A DNA stretch of 22,508 nt from Candidatus Hodarchaeota archaeon (GCA_016839785.1 JAEOTQ010000012.1:1-22508), one strand, 5' to 3'; shown: positions 7,760-17,865, numbered from the stretch's first letter. The notes: generated by a model from the sequence alone, not told the origin. Translations and numbers: made by a program.

Positions 7760-10131
7760 TTTTCTTCCTCCATCAATTTTTCTTTCAAAGAAGCAATAAT
7801 CTCAGGTCTTTGCTTTTGAATTTCTGTCCATACTCTCTCTGAAGTAATAGGTAAATCAAATATATCAACATTCATTGCATCTGCAATCGCGTTTCCCAAA
7901 GCAGCAGGGACTCCTATCATTGTAAGTTCCCCAATACCTCTAGCTCCATAGGGACCATCTTCTTGAGGATTTTCAATGAAGTGTGTAATGAATTCCTTTG
8001 GAATATCTCCAGGACGAGAAATAATATAATCCACAAAGCTGGGGTTTAGAAGTTCCCCTGTGTCAGAATATTGTAGCTGTTCAGACATGGCAATCGAGAG
8101 GGCCATAACACTCCCTCCAATAACTTGTCCTTCGCACAATTGTGGGTTGATAGCTTTTCCAATATCAAAAGCGGATATTAATTTGTTAATGGTAATTTTT
8201 CCAGTTAATGCATCAAGTTCAATCTCTACTCCTTGAGCTCCAAACGTCTCAAATATTGCAGGATTTCCAGCTCCAGTTTCAGAATCCAGGATAGTCATTT
8301 TAGCAATATATTTTCCATGTCCAATGACAGGACCACCAATAGACTCACCTGTTGGATACATGTAACCCATTACAACTTCTGAAATGCTTAAGTGCTTCCA
8401 AGGCTCCCCACGGGGAGAGATTAATTCATTTTTAATGACTAAATCTTTCTTGGGAACCCGTAGAACTTGCGATGCAGTATCAAAAATCTGGTCTTTTGCG
8501 TTCAGACAGGCATTTTTAACAGCATTTCCATCCATAAATAGAGATCTTGATCCAACAGTTTGCCATGTATAGGCGTCTCTATCTGTATCTCGATCCCCTC
8601 GGATCTTAATCTTTTCTATTGGTAAACCGAGTTCATCTGCAGCAATTTGTGCAAGACTCGTTATAGTACCCTGGCCCATTTCGGAGGTTCCGATTGAAAC
8701 AATTGCACTTCCGTCTTCATTAAATTTCACGTAGGCCGAAGAAGCGCTGTTTGGGGGTTGTGCAGGCCCTTTCATAAAACCAGCAATTCCGATCCCTCTA
8801 AATATCCACGGTTTAAGAGGAGTTGTCTTCTCTTTATTCTTCTTCAGTTCGCTCCAAACTTTATCTAAACATTCATCAATACAACCAGCATCTTCTCTCA
8901 GTCGATGTTGATTTCCTGTAATTCCTGTACCTGGTTTCAGAGTATTTATCTTGCGGAAGATTAACGGATCTATACCTAGTTTTTTAGCAATAATATCGTT
9001 TTGTCGTTCAATTACCCAATGAAGCTCCAAGTGTCCAAAACCGCGGAAAGCGGTCGCATATGGCTTGTTTGTATAGACAGTGTAAGAATCTGATTTGATA
9101 TTCTCAATATCGTAGGGGCCAATTGACACATATCCAGCAGCTCTTCCTACATTCACTGCATAATCGGCACAAGCTCCTGAATCCCATATATATTCGACTT
9201 GTTGGGCTGTAATTTTCCCCTTCTTAGTCACACCTGTTTTTAATTTTGCTACCATTCCAACTCGAATTGGTGCACTTTTAAAGTTCTCTTCTCTCGTTAA
9301 AGACAATTTAACAGGACGATTGTTTGCTTTTCGAGAGAGTAAAACAGCTAGTGGTTCAAAATTTAACCCTGCCTTTCCTCCAAATCCTCCTCCTAGGAAA
9401 GGTGATTTCACAGTTATATTAGATGTCTGAGTTGCGAATGTAATTCCCAACAAATATCGTACAGTAAAAGGAGATTGTGCTGATGACCATACTACGATCG
9501 TTCCGTCTTTTCGGTAGTGTCCTATCGAAACTATTGGTTCTAGGTAAGCATGGGATATCTGTGGCATGCTATATTCATATTCGAAAATTTCATCCGCTTG
9601 TTTAAAACCATGGTCTATATTTCCTTTTCGTAATTTAAAATGGTTTGCAATGTTTGTTCCAGGAATAGGATGAAAAGCAGGTGAATGGTTATAATCAGCC
9701 ATTTTTTCATGAACTAAGCGGTCTTTAGAACTCATTGCCTCGACAGGATCGAAAATAGGCTTTAAAGGGTCATATTTAATTTTTACCAGAGATAGAGCTT
9801 CTTCAGCTATTGTTTCTGATTCTGCAGCCACAGCCACGACAGGTTGTCCAATCCAGACTACTTTTTCAACTGCGAGAATATCTCTATCTCCCGCATAAAG
9901 GCCAATTTTTACAGGCCAATCCTTTCCAGTGACTATTGCCACTACACCAGGTAATTTTTCTGCTTCGGTTGTGTCTATGGAAAGAATTTTTCCATGAGCG
10001 ATTGTAGAGGTGAGAAATTTTCCTATAAGCATATTTGGAATATAATCTATATCAAATGCATACAAAGCTTGGCCTGTAACTTTTTCGTTTGCATCTTTTC
10101 TAGCAACAGATTGACCCACGTATTTAGTCAT
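7756..10131 (-). CDS. Xanthine dehydrogenase/aldehyde oxidoreductase family molybdopterin-binding large subunit
   Basis: 791 aa. HAYLEP, LGGGFGGK, AFRGFG, SEMGQG, TVGSRS, GARGIGE motifs. GAGGTGA RBS at 10139-10145. Stop overlaps the medium subunit start (ATGA). Confidence 0.95.
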   Translation of the reverse strand: MTKYVGQSVARKDANEKVTGQALYAFDIDYIPNMLIGKFLTSTIAHGKILSIDTTEAEKLPGVVAIVTGKDWPVKIGLYAGDRDILAVEKVVWIGQPVVAVAAESETIAEEALSLVKIKYDPLKPIFDPVEAMSSKDRLVHEKMADYNHSPAFHPIPGTNIANHFKLRKGNIDHGFKQADEIFEYEYSMPQISHAYLEPIVSIGHYRKDGTIVVWSSAQSPFTVRYLLGITFATQTSNITVKSPFLGGGFGGKAGLNFEPLAVLLSRKANNRPVKLSLTREENFKSAPIRVGMVAKLKTGVTKKGKITAQQVEYIWDSGACADYAVNVGRAAGYVSIGPYDIENIKSDSYTVYTNKPYATAFRGFGHLELHWVIERQNDIIAKKLGIDPLIFRKINTLKPGTGITGNQHRLREDAGCIDECLDKVWSELKKNKEKTTPLKPWIFRGIGIAGFMKGPAQPPNSASSAYVKFNEDGSAIVSIGTSEMGQGTITSLAQIAADELGLPIEKIKIRGDRDTDRDAYTWQTVGSRSLFMDGNAVKNACLNAKDQIFDTASQVLRVPKKDLVIKNELISPRGEPWKHLSISEVVMGYMYPTGESIGGPVIGHGKYIAKMTILDSETGAGNPAIFETFGAQGVEIELDALTGKITINKLISAFDIGKAINPQLCEGQVIGGSVMALSIAMSEQLQYSDTGELLNPSFVDYIISRPGDIPKEFITHFIENPQEDGPYGARGIGELTMIGVPAALGNAIADAMNVDIFDLPITSERVWTEIQKQRPEIIASLKEKLMEEEK

Positions 10132-10170
10132 TCAATTTTCACCTCAATTAATATAAGATAATGCATTACT

Positions 10171-10467
10171 TCATCCTCCTCCTACAATTTCCAAGAATCC
10201 AATTCGATCAACTCTTAATTGGTCTTTAGTATTCAAAATCATGTCTAAACCTGTTTTAGTTTGATTAACCACATGTCCATTTACTAATAGTATGGTTGCC
10301 TGATGTAATCTATCATGATCGAGAATAAGTGTTTTCAAATCGGGATCTTTTTGGATTAACATATATACAATATCACGAATTGTTGGGTTTTCATCTAGAA
10401 TCTCTAACTCGATTTCAGAACCTAGATTCGCGCCTAATTTTCCAAAAAGTTGAACAAATATTTTCAT
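10171..10467 (-). CDS. MoaD/ThiS/SAMP-family ubiquitin-like sulfur carrier
   Basis: 98 aa beta-grasp pattern (MKIFVQLFGKL...TIRDIV...ILLVNG) ending in GGG; directly upstream of a molybdoenzyme. Confidence 0.85.
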   Translation of the reverse strand: MKIFVQLFGKLGANLGSEIELEILDENPTIRDIVYMLIQKDPDLKTLILDHDRLHQATILLVNGHVVNQTKTGLDMILNTKDQLRVDRIGFLEIVGGG

Positions 10468-10574
10468 TGTAAGTAGGATACTTTAGATATCATCTGTTGA
10501 AATATCTTCTTCTCTCTAAGGCTTAAGATACTACTTAGCAATAAAAAGAAAACCTGACCGTACTTGAAGCACAA

Positions 10575-11468
10575 TCAAAATACGATGGGAATCAATATAA
10601 AAAACACTCCCAACACGATCAAAGTTGCTGCAATTAATCTCTGGGTGATATCTTCCTGGAATAAGATACGAGCTAGAATCATCGCTAGAAATATATTCAG
10701 TGCACCAATAGGTTCTACCAAGGACACATCTAGGTAGTTAATAGAGATGATTAGTGCAAGATATGAGAAAGCGTTGGTTACCCCTGATACGATACTGATT
10801 ATTGGATTTGTCTTGAGGACATAGTTAAGATCATCTGTCTGTCCTCTAAAAGCCAGCATACTGAATAGTATGATTGTAATAAATAAATAGATTAAAAATG
10901 CGTACACTTCGGAGGGGAAATAATCAACCGAAGCAAAACCGTCGAGGATTCTTCCTATTGCCATTAAAAGTGACGCCCCTATCATTAATTGGGCTGATTT
11001 ATCCGTTAATACTTGTTTTATGGAATTTTGAAAGGATGATCCCTTATTCAGGTAGGACAAACCTAAGAATATTGAGAATACTCCCATGATTTTTAAAAAT
11101 GTAATTTCTTCTCCAAGGAATAAAGTCGAGAAAATCAATAAGAAGATCAAGTTGAAATTATACAGAGGAGTAACTAAACTAACATCTCCTTTTTTTAATG
11201 ATGCGGTATACATCCAAAAGGCAAATGAATAGAATATACTTGAAATAACAGGGAATATCATCATTCGGGTAATTTCTATACGTGTTATAGCAAAGGGTAC
11301 TAAACTTAATGCTCCAAACCCGAAGAAAATCGTTGTAATGGCTAGTGATTTATCTTCGGTTGAGTCCATTCCTAGTAATTTCAAAAAAATTCTTTCAAAA
11401 CCCAGGAGAATTATTCGTATTGATAAGGCAATCGCTAAAATGGCAGTACTCACGTCTTGACCTTCCAA
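10575..11468 (-). CDS. EamA/DMT-family transporter
   Basis: 297 aa, about 10 TM helices, two internal repeats (SLKKGDVSLVTPL...LFLGEEIT; SINYLDVSLVEPI...ILFQEDIT). Abuts the HAD gene. Confidence 0.9.
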   Translation of the reverse strand: MEGQDVSTAILAIALSIRIILLGFERIFLKLLGMDSTEDKSLAITTIFFGFGALSLVPFAITRIEITRMMIFPVISSIFYSFAFWMYTASLKKGDVSLVTPLYNFNLIFLLIFSTLFLGEEITFLKIMGVFSIFLGLSYLNKGSSFQNSIKQVLTDKSAQLMIGASLLMAIGRILDGFASVDYFPSEVYAFLIYLFITIILFSMLAFRGQTDDLNYVLKTNPIISIVSGVTNAFSYLALIISINYLDVSLVEPIGALNIFLAMILARILFQEDITQRLIAATLIVLGVFFILIPIVF

Positions 11469-12173
11469 TTAATGCGATTGGATCAAGTCTACGAGCTGAG
11501 AGTAGCTCTGAATGGTAAGAAATGATGGTGTAATCACTTTTTCAGTCTGTATCTCATTTGGGTTGAACCAAATTGGAGTGATTCCAATAAAGGAGGCTGG
11601 ATTAATATCATGATGTAAGGAATCGCCGATCATAAAGGTGTTTTCAGGAGTACCACCCATTAACGACAGAGTATGATAAAATATTAGTGGGTGAGGTTTT
11701 TCATGGCCAACAGCCTCCGATGTAACGATTTCCTCAAACATGTCCCCTAATCCGAGCAGACTTATCTTTTTATATTGGATATTCGCCTGCATGTTCGTAA
11801 TAATCCCCAAACGATAGTTTTTTCTTTGTAATAACTTCAGAGCGTCCTTTAATCCAGGATATGGAGTCATTGAGTCAAAGAATCCCAAGTAATACCCATC
11901 AAGAAGTATGGTGATCAAGTCTGTATTGGGTATTCCAGTTCTCATTTCGACGAATTTTTGAAAATATAATGCTCTCGAGTGAGATGCAGCAGAATCAGCA
12001 AGAAATCTCTTTATCCAAGATCGACTATCAGAGTAAAGTCTGCTAAATTCAGGAAATTCCATTTTTGTTTCTTTTTTATTCCAACTCAAGTGGGCTTGAA
12101 CAAGTCCTCTTCGATGGGCTGCATTATAGTCGTATAGCGTTCCATCTAAATCAAACAGGACAATTTTTGACAA
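11469..12173 (-). CDS. HAD-superfamily hydrolase (subfamily IA, YjjG-like phosphatase/nucleotidase)
   Basis: Motif I FDLDGTL, motif II IITN, motif III EKPHP, motif IV IGDSLHHDI. TTG start with AGGTGA RBS at 12180-12185. Confidence 0.9.
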   Translation of the reverse strand: MSKIVLFDLDGTLYDYNAAHRRGLVQAHLSWNKKETKMEFPEFSRLYSDSRSWIKRFLADSAASHSRALYFQKFVEMRTGIPNTDLITILLDGYYLGFFDSMTPYPGLKDALKLLQRKNYRLGIITNMQANIQYKKISLLGLGDMFEEIVTSEAVGHEKPHPLIFYHTLSLMGGTPENTFMIGDSLHHDINPASFIGITPIWFNPNEIQTEKVITPSFLTIQSYSQLVDLIQSH

Positions 12174-12250
12174 ATTATATCACCTTTGGATCGCTATAAA
12201 GAAAGAATTAAGCTTGTTTAAGAATTTTTCAGGTCATTTGCTATTATCAT

Positions 12251-12273
12251 AAGAAAAAAGAGAAAAGAGAAAG
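12251..12273 (-). terminator. Pyrimidine/oligo-T tract after the oxidoreductase beta gene
   Basis: Plus strand AAGAAAAAAGAGAAAAGAGAAAG gives a T-rich tract on the minus strand about 35 nt after the stop. Confidence 0.4.
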
Positions 12274-12306
12274 CTAAGTAAGGATTGTCTTAGCTAAGTC
12301 ATTTTA

Positions 12307-13170
12307 TTATTGACGTAACGAATCTATCAATTTCTGAAGCTGGGGTAGATTTGCATCCCGTTTAAAGAGGGGGTCCTTATTCGTTTTATAGACTGGTAAA
12401 TAGTCTTCAAACGATGGCTTTTCATTCCTGTAGAAAATTCCAAGGGGTAACTTACCTTTCTCAGTAGCTCTTTTGAAAGCTTCAGTCCTATTTGATGGGT
12501 CATGTGATCCTTCTAAGTAATATACGTTTTCTCTAAACCATTTCCAAGTATTTACCTTGTTAAATGATACACAAGGTTGAAGGATGTCAACAAAAGAATA
12601 CCCTTTAAAGGAAATGGCTTGTTTAATTACTTCTAAAGCTTTTTCTTGATCTGCAATTGAAACTCGAGCAACAAAGGCCGCATCTAAGGCAATTGCTAGT
12701 GCCAGAGGATTAAATGGTTCATTTGTTACACCTTGAACCTGAACGGGTGTAATAAACCCGAATTGACTGGTTGGGGAAGCTTGCCCCTTTGTTAAACCAT
12801 ACACCATATTATCGTGTGCAAGATGGGTAATATTCGGATTTCTCAAAATGTTATGAATAAAATGGTTGCCACCTTCACCAAATGAACACCCATCACCACT
12901 TTCAACAATAACGGTTAGATCAGGGTTTGCAGCTTTAATAGCCATTGCAGCGGCAATAGCTCGTCCGTGTAAGCCATTAAAGACATTATTTTTCAAATAA
13001 TGTGGAGTTTTTGCTGCTTGACCGATACCAGATGCCATAACTAATTCTTCTGGCTTTATATTCAATTCAGTCAATGCCTGTTTCACAATTTTTAAAATAC
13101 TAAAATTTCCACATCCTGGACACCATGCTACATCGGTTTCATGGGGCATATCAAAAATACTTGTGTCCAT
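12307..13170 (-). CDS. korB: 2-oxoacid:ferredoxin oxidoreductase beta subunit (TPP-binding)
   Basis: WCPGCGN, LHGRA, SGDG...[29 protein letters not shown]. Substrate specificity cannot be determined from sequence. Confidence 0.92.
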   Translation of the reverse strand: MDTSIFDMPHETDVAWCPGCGNFSILKIVKQALTELNIKPEELVMASGIGQAAKTPHYLKNNVFNGLHGRAIAAAMAIKAANPDLTVIVESGDGCSFGEGGNHFIHNILRNPNITHLAHDNMVYGLTKGQASPTSQFGFITPVQVQGVTNEPFNPLALAIALDAAFVARVSIADQEKALEVIKQAISFKGYSFVDILQPCVSFNKVNTWKWFRENVYYLEGSHDPSNRTEAFKRATEKGKLPLGIFYRNEKPSFEDYLPVYKTNKDPLFKRDANLPQLQKLIDSLRQ

Positions 13171-13182
13171 TCATATCATCTC

Positions 13183-14889
13183 CTAAAGTTTTGCAATAAA
13201 CTCCTTTATTTCTTCCACACTGAAAGGCATACCATTATATTTGAGAAATTGGTCATTGGGTCTAATTCCCAGTTCAAGAGTTAGTACTTTTCCGAATTGA
13301 GCTGTAGCGTTGTTTTCAACTACAATAAGTTTCTTTGCTTTCTTTAAGTATTCAGCAGTATCATCTGATAAAGGAAAAACTTGTTTGAAGTGTAAAAATG
13401 CAACATCTTTTCTGTCTGATAACTCTAATGCTTCTTTTATAGCACTACATGTTGATCCCCAACCTACTAGTAAGATAGAATAATCTGTAGGCCCAATTAA
13501 CTCGGGTTTAATGATGTCTTTTTTTAATAGTTTGAGTTTCTTAAATAAGCGTTTTTCTACCATTTTTGGTCTTAGATAATGGACATCTTCTGTGATATGA
13601 CCCTCTTCATCGTGCTCATCACTATCAACATTGACTAAACCAGAACCATAACCAGGGATTCCACGAGGAGAGATACCGTTGTCAGTAAGAAGATATCGTT
13701 TATAATTGGCATTGGTTTTTACTATCTGTTTTTCGTTTTTAATGTTTGAAAGATCAAGATCAGGGATAATATAATGTGAGTCAAGATAGAATTGATCGGT
13801 AAGTATGAAAACTGGAATTTGATATTTGTCTGCGAGGTTAAATGCATGTTGAGTCAAGTAAAATCCTTCTTCTGCATTCCCTGGAGCAAAAACTGCGCGT
13901 GCAAACTCTCCATGGCCAGAATTCAATACAAACTGTAAATCCTCCTGTCCTGTTCGTGTTGGCAATCCAGTTCCTGGTCCAGGACGCTGTGCGATGTGAA
14001 AAATCATTGGAGTTTCTAAAATCCCTGATAAAGATAGCCCCTCTGTCATTAGGGCAAATCCTCCACCAGAAGTTGTGATCATCGCTCTTGCGCCTGCATA
14101 CCATGCTCCAATTCCTTTATTGACCGCAGCAATTTCGTCTTCTGCTTGATCTATAACGATTCCAAAATCTTCTGCTTTTTGAGAAAGAAAGACTAATACT
14201 CCTGTTGAAGGGGACATGGGATAAGACGAGATGAAGTTCAATCCTGCTGCAATACTTCCCATTGCAATTGCTTGGGATCCATTTAGCGTAAGATAATTTG
14301 TTACTGAATCATCTTTCTTAAGGTCTATTTTTATTTTCCCATCTTCCAAAATTTTATTCCCAATCTCGCTTCCACGCTGACAGGCATTTACATTATTTTG
14401 GAGGATTGTATCTCCCTTTGAGGCAAATCTTTTGGTTAAATATGATTTAGAAATTGTCTCTTCTACCCCAAAAAGGGCGAGAAAGATACCAACAGAGACG
14501 ATATTGGTATAAATTTTGCCACCAATCTCTTTTGCTATTTTAGTAAAGTCGACTTTGATAATATTGGATTTATTTGGGCAGTATTCTTCTGCTATATTCC
14601 CTTCTTCACCGATGATAATTGTTTCTGGTGAAATTCTATTTTCCAAGTGTTTGAGCGCTTTTGAACTCAAGGGAAATAGAATATCGATCCGATCGATAAA
14701 GGCTGATCTCGATTTCTCATCTGATATACGTATTAATGTGGAGTTGGTTCCTCCTCGAATTCGTGACATGAATTCTGAAGTACTATAGACATGGTAACCA
14801 GACAATTTAAGCATTCCAGTCACAAGTTGCTCAACTGTTGCAATACCTTGTCCTGCTTCTCCGCATAATACTATTGATATGTCTTTCAT
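13183..14889 (-). CDS. korA: 2-oxoacid:ferredoxin oxidoreductase alpha subunit (fused gamma-alpha type)
   Basis: 568 aa. GEAGQGI, SRIRGG, YPMSPST, QAEDEIAA, TTSGGGFALM, QRPGPGTGLPT, VENNATAQ. Confidence 0.93.
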   Translation of the reverse strand: MKDISIVLCGEAGQGIATVEQLVTGMLKLSGYHVYSTSEFMSRIRGGTNSTLIRISDEKSRSAFIDRIDILFPLSSKALKHLENRISPETIIIGEEGNIAEEYCPNKSNIIKVDFTKIAKEIGGKIYTNIVSVGIFLALFGVEETISKSYLTKRFASKGDTILQNNVNACQRGSEIGNKILEDGKIKIDLKKDDSVTNYLTLNGSQAIAMGSIAAGLNFISSYPMSPSTGVLVFLSQKAEDFGIVIDQAEDEIAAVNKGIGAWYAGARAMITTSGGGFALMTEGLSLSGILETPMIFHIAQRPGPGTGLPTRTGQEDLQFVLNSGHGEFARAVFAPGNAEEGFYLTQHAFNLADKYQIPVFILTDQFYLDSHYIIPDLDLSNIKNEKQIVKTNANYKRYLLTDNGISPRGIPGYGSGLVNVDSDEHDEEGHITEDVHYLRPKMVEKRLFKKLKLLKKDIIKPELIGPTDYSILLVGWGSTCSAIKEALELSDRKDVAFLHFKQVFPLSDDTAEYLKKAKKLIVVENNATAQFGKVLTLELGIRPNDQFLKYNGMPFSVEEIKEFIAKL

Positions 14890-14959
14890 ATTAGTATACT
14901 TCCGAAATTATATTTTTCACACATCTGTTTTGATAGATGTGCTCTTCAAGGCAACATAA

Positions 14960-15062
14960 GGAAATTAAACACGTATTAAATCGATTAATGTTTTGTTTAT
15001 CGAAATTAAATAAAATCTAGGTAGCGTTAATTTCGCTTATTTCAAACCTAGCGTTAATTTCC
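14960..15062. promoter_or_regulatory. Cluster of direct and inverted GAAATTAA repeats in the divergent korA/Roadblock intergenic region (candidate operator array)
   Basis: Exact 13-bp direct repeat TAGCGTTAATTTC at 15022-15034 and 15049-15061; inverted cores GGAAATTAA at 14960-14968 and CGAAATTAA at 15001-15009. Confidence 0.4.
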
Positions 15063-15165
15063 ATAAAATAATCTGGAATCTCTCTTCCTTTTTAAGTTTG
15101 TAGTCCCAAATATCAAGGTGCTACATTAAGTTCCGTGAAGTTTTTATATCAAATTAGGTTATCAA

Positions 15166-15564
15166 GTGATAGGGAAACCGTTGGGAACTCACGAAATTAT
15201 CCAAGCCTTTGAAGCAGTTTTTGGCGAAATGATTGACCTCCCAGCATGCATTTCTATCTGTGACAATGATGGACTACTCATCTACTCTGTAGGAGAATGT
15301 GCAGACCAGTGGGTTCTAGAATCGTTTTTATCCTATCTAATCATGTCATACGAAGCTACACATGAAAAATTAGCACTAACAGATGAGACTCTAGACAGTC
15401 TTGTAATAACTACTGGGAATAAAGTTTATTATGTTGATAATATAGGGGGCAAAGACGGTTTGTTTATGATTATCCAAACCACTCCAGTTCTCATGAATAA
15501 AGTACTACCCTTTCTTAGAAATATTGTATTAAATGTTGAAAAATCATTATCTAAAGGAGAATAG
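15166..15564 (+). CDS. Roadblock/LC7 (MglB/LAMTOR-like) domain protein
   Basis: 132 aa with helix-strand-strand-helix-strand x3-helix pattern and ISICDNDGLLIYS signature. Confidence 0.65.
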   Translation: MIGKPLGTHEIIQAFEAVFGEMIDLPACISICDNDGLLIYSVGECADQWVLESFLSYLIMSYEATHEKLALTDETLDSLVITTGNKVYYVDNIGGKDGLFMIIQTTPVLMNKVLPFLRNIVLNVEKSLSKGE

Positions 15565-15803
15565 GGTTATACCTTCCTAACAACATTGAAAGGTAATCTT
15601 AAAGCTTCTTTTAACATGAATGAGTGTATTTCTTCTTGATTATGCGTCTTACCAATAGGATTTTACGGAAATATATTGTAAGGTCCTGTTTTATATGAAC
15701 TTCTGACCATCAAGTAACTTTTTAATTTCGCAGTTTTTCCCCTCACACTGTATAACGTATACTCATTGGCTATAATTCAGTATTTAAAGGAAGATTGGAA
15801 TTC

Positions 15804-16889
15804 ATGGGAAAAATAAGAGTAGCAATCGCGGGTTTAGGCAATTGTGCTTCAGCATTAATTCAAGGTGTCCACTATTATCGCAATGCAAAGCCAGATACGC
15901 GGGTTCCCGGACTAATGCATGTTCAATTTGGAGATTATCATGTCAGAGATTTAGAATTTGTTGCTGCATTTGAAGTAAACAAAGATAAAATTGGAAAGAA
16001 AATTAGTGATGCGATTTGGGTCGCCCCTAATTGTACGCCAAAATTCTCTGATGTCCCTGAAATTGATGTAATCGTTCAACCTGGACCTATCAATGATGGT
16101 GTCGCCCCTCATATGATGGATTCATTTCATTGCTATGAAGAATCAAAAATGAGTCCTGTTGATGTTGCTCAAGTCTTAAAAGACGTAAAAGCAGACGTTT
16201 TAGTTAATTTCCTTCCCGTAGGAAGTGAAGAAGCCACAAAAATCTATGCTCAAGCATGCTTGGATTCAGGTGTTTCCCTTGCTAATGGAATTCCGTCATT
16301 TATCGTTTCCGATCCAACAAAAGAATGGCCAAACAAATTCGAAGCGAAGGGTATTCCTATTGCTGGAGATGACATAAAATCTCAGGTAGGAGCAACAATT
16401 CTTCATCGCGTTCTAGCCAAGCTAATGTTGGATCGGGGAATTGAAATTGAAAAAATGTATCAACTAAATGTGGGTGGTAATACGGATTTTGAGAATATGA
16501 AATATGAATCTCGGTTAACGACAAAACGGATAAGTAAAACCGAAGCTGTTACAAGTTTAATGCCCCATGATATACCAGTCCGTATTGGTCCTTCTGATTA
16601 TGTTCCTTTTTTAGGAGATAGGAAGATCTGTTATTTAATGCTTGAAGGACGTAAATTTGGTGATCAACCAGTCTCAATAGAAGCGAAATTAAGTGTTATT
16701 GATAGTCCCAATTCTGCAGGCGTTATGATTGATGTCATTCGTGCTTTAAAGATTGCCAGAGATCGTAAAATCGGTGGGCCATTGATTTCAATGTCCTCTT
16801 ATTCATTTAAACACCCACCAGTCCAAATACCTGATTTTGAGGCTCATGAACGAGTTGAGTCATATATTCGCGGCGAAGTAGAAAGGTAA
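15804..16889 (+). CDS. ino1: myo-inositol-1-phosphate (inositol-3-phosphate) synthase
   Basis: IRVAIAGLGNCASALIQG, VNFLPVGSEEA, GDDIKSQVGATILHR, YQLNVGGNTDF, DSPNSAGV, FKHPP. ATG at 15804 preferred to TTG at 15795. Confidence 0.96.
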   Translation: MGKIRVAIAGLGNCASALIQGVHYYRNAKPDTRVPGLMHVQFGDYHVRDLEFVAAFEVNKDKIGKKISDAIWVAPNCTPKFSDVPEIDVIVQPGPINDGVAPHMMDSFHCYEESKMSPVDVAQVLKDVKADVLVNFLPVGSEEATKIYAQACLDSGVSLANGIPSFIVSDPTKEWPNKFEAKGIPIAGDDIKSQVGATILHRVLAKLMLDRGIEIEKMYQLNVGGNTDFENMKYESRLTTKRISKTEAVTSLMPHDIPVRIGPSDYVPFLGDRKICYLMLEGRKFGDQPVSIEAKLSVIDSPNSAGVMIDVIRALKIARDRKIGGPLISMSSYSFKHPPVQIPDFEAHERVESYIRGEVER

Positions 16890-16906
16890 AAGCTTCAAAG
16901 CACACG

Positions 16907-17842
16907 GTGCTTGATTTGAAATTAATGCCTCTGTTCCATGATATTTACGATTTAATCAGATTACCTTTATGTATACTGGGTTCTCTTGCAGGTTTTACAG
17001 CAGGATTGATTGTATTATTAGTCCAGAATCCTGGGTATAATCTTATAACTCTACTTGAACAATACTGGCAGTTAGGAGCATTAGGTCTTTCCATCCCTTT
17101 TCTTATCGTGGGTGCTTCAATGGCAATTAATGATTATCATGATTATGAAGCTGATCGAATAAATGGGCGGATGGACCGACCACTGGTTCGAAACCCAAAT
17201 CTTAAACCCAAATCTGTTCTTTATGGTTCGATTTTTATGATTGGGTTGGGAGTCTTAATTTCCGTTTTCTTATTTGACGGAAATTTCTTAGTACCCATCG
17301 GTGTAGTGATATTCAGCTTTCTATCGGTATCATATAATTTGTGGACTAAAGAAAAAGGTATCTTAGGAAACATGACAGTAGCTGGAAGTAATACTGCTCC
17401 TTATTTATTAACGCTTGTAGCTCTTGAAGCAAAAGATCAAAATACTATACTTGTTGTCGTTGTAATGGCTATTATCACGTTTTGTGGTGTATTAGGACGA
17501 GAATTGGTGAAAGGAATTATGGACATTGAAGGTGATAGAATAACTGACTCACGAACTTTTGCTGTCCAGTATGGGCCTAAAAGAGCTGTCCAATTGGCTT
17601 CATTCTTTTTCCTTATCTTGATAATTCTTATACCAATTCCAATGTTCATCAAGTTTCAAAATAATTATCTCTATCTCATTTTAATGGTGATTACCGTTCT
17701 AATGTTTCTATATACGGTGGTTATTCTTTATAATGATCCTTCTATCAAATCAGGAAAAAAAGCTCGTTCATATACTCGAACAGCACTTTGGATAGGATCC
17801 GCAGCATTTTTAGTTGGAGCTATTGCTCTCTCTGGAGTTTAA
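16907..17842 (+). CDS. UbiA-family prenyltransferase, probable digeranylgeranylglyceryl-phosphate (DGGGP) synthase
   Basis: Polytopic membrane protein with NDYHDYEADRIN...RPL, YN...K...GN and RELVKGIMDIEGD acidic motifs. Confidence 0.82.
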   Translation: MLDLKLMPLFHDIYDLIRLPLCILGSLAGFTAGLIVLLVQNPGYNLITLLEQYWQLGALGLSIPFLIVGASMAINDYHDYEADRINGRMDRPLVRNPNLKPKSVLYGSIFMIGLGVLISVFLFDGNFLVPIGVVIFSFLSVSYNLWTKEKGILGNMTVAGSNTAPYLLTLVALEAKDQNTILVVVVMAIITFCGVLGRELVKGIMDIEGDRITDSRTFAVQYGPKRAVQLASFFFLILIILIPIPMFIKFQNNYLYLILMVITVLMFLYTVVILYNDPSIKSGKKARSYTRTALWIGSAAFLVGAIALSGV

Positions 17843-17865
17843 TATACAAGCATTAAGGGTTAAAA

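Noticed and set aside
7756-10131. Aerobic CO dehydrogenase (coxL)
   Set aside because: Active-site loop is AFRGFG, not AYRCSFR or AYRGAGR.
13005-13035. GIGQAAK instead of GIGC in the oxidoreductase beta subunit (apparent loss of an Fe-S Cys)
   Set aside because: To my knowledge this variant is common in one KorB-like subfamily, so it is not evidence of inactivation or novelty.
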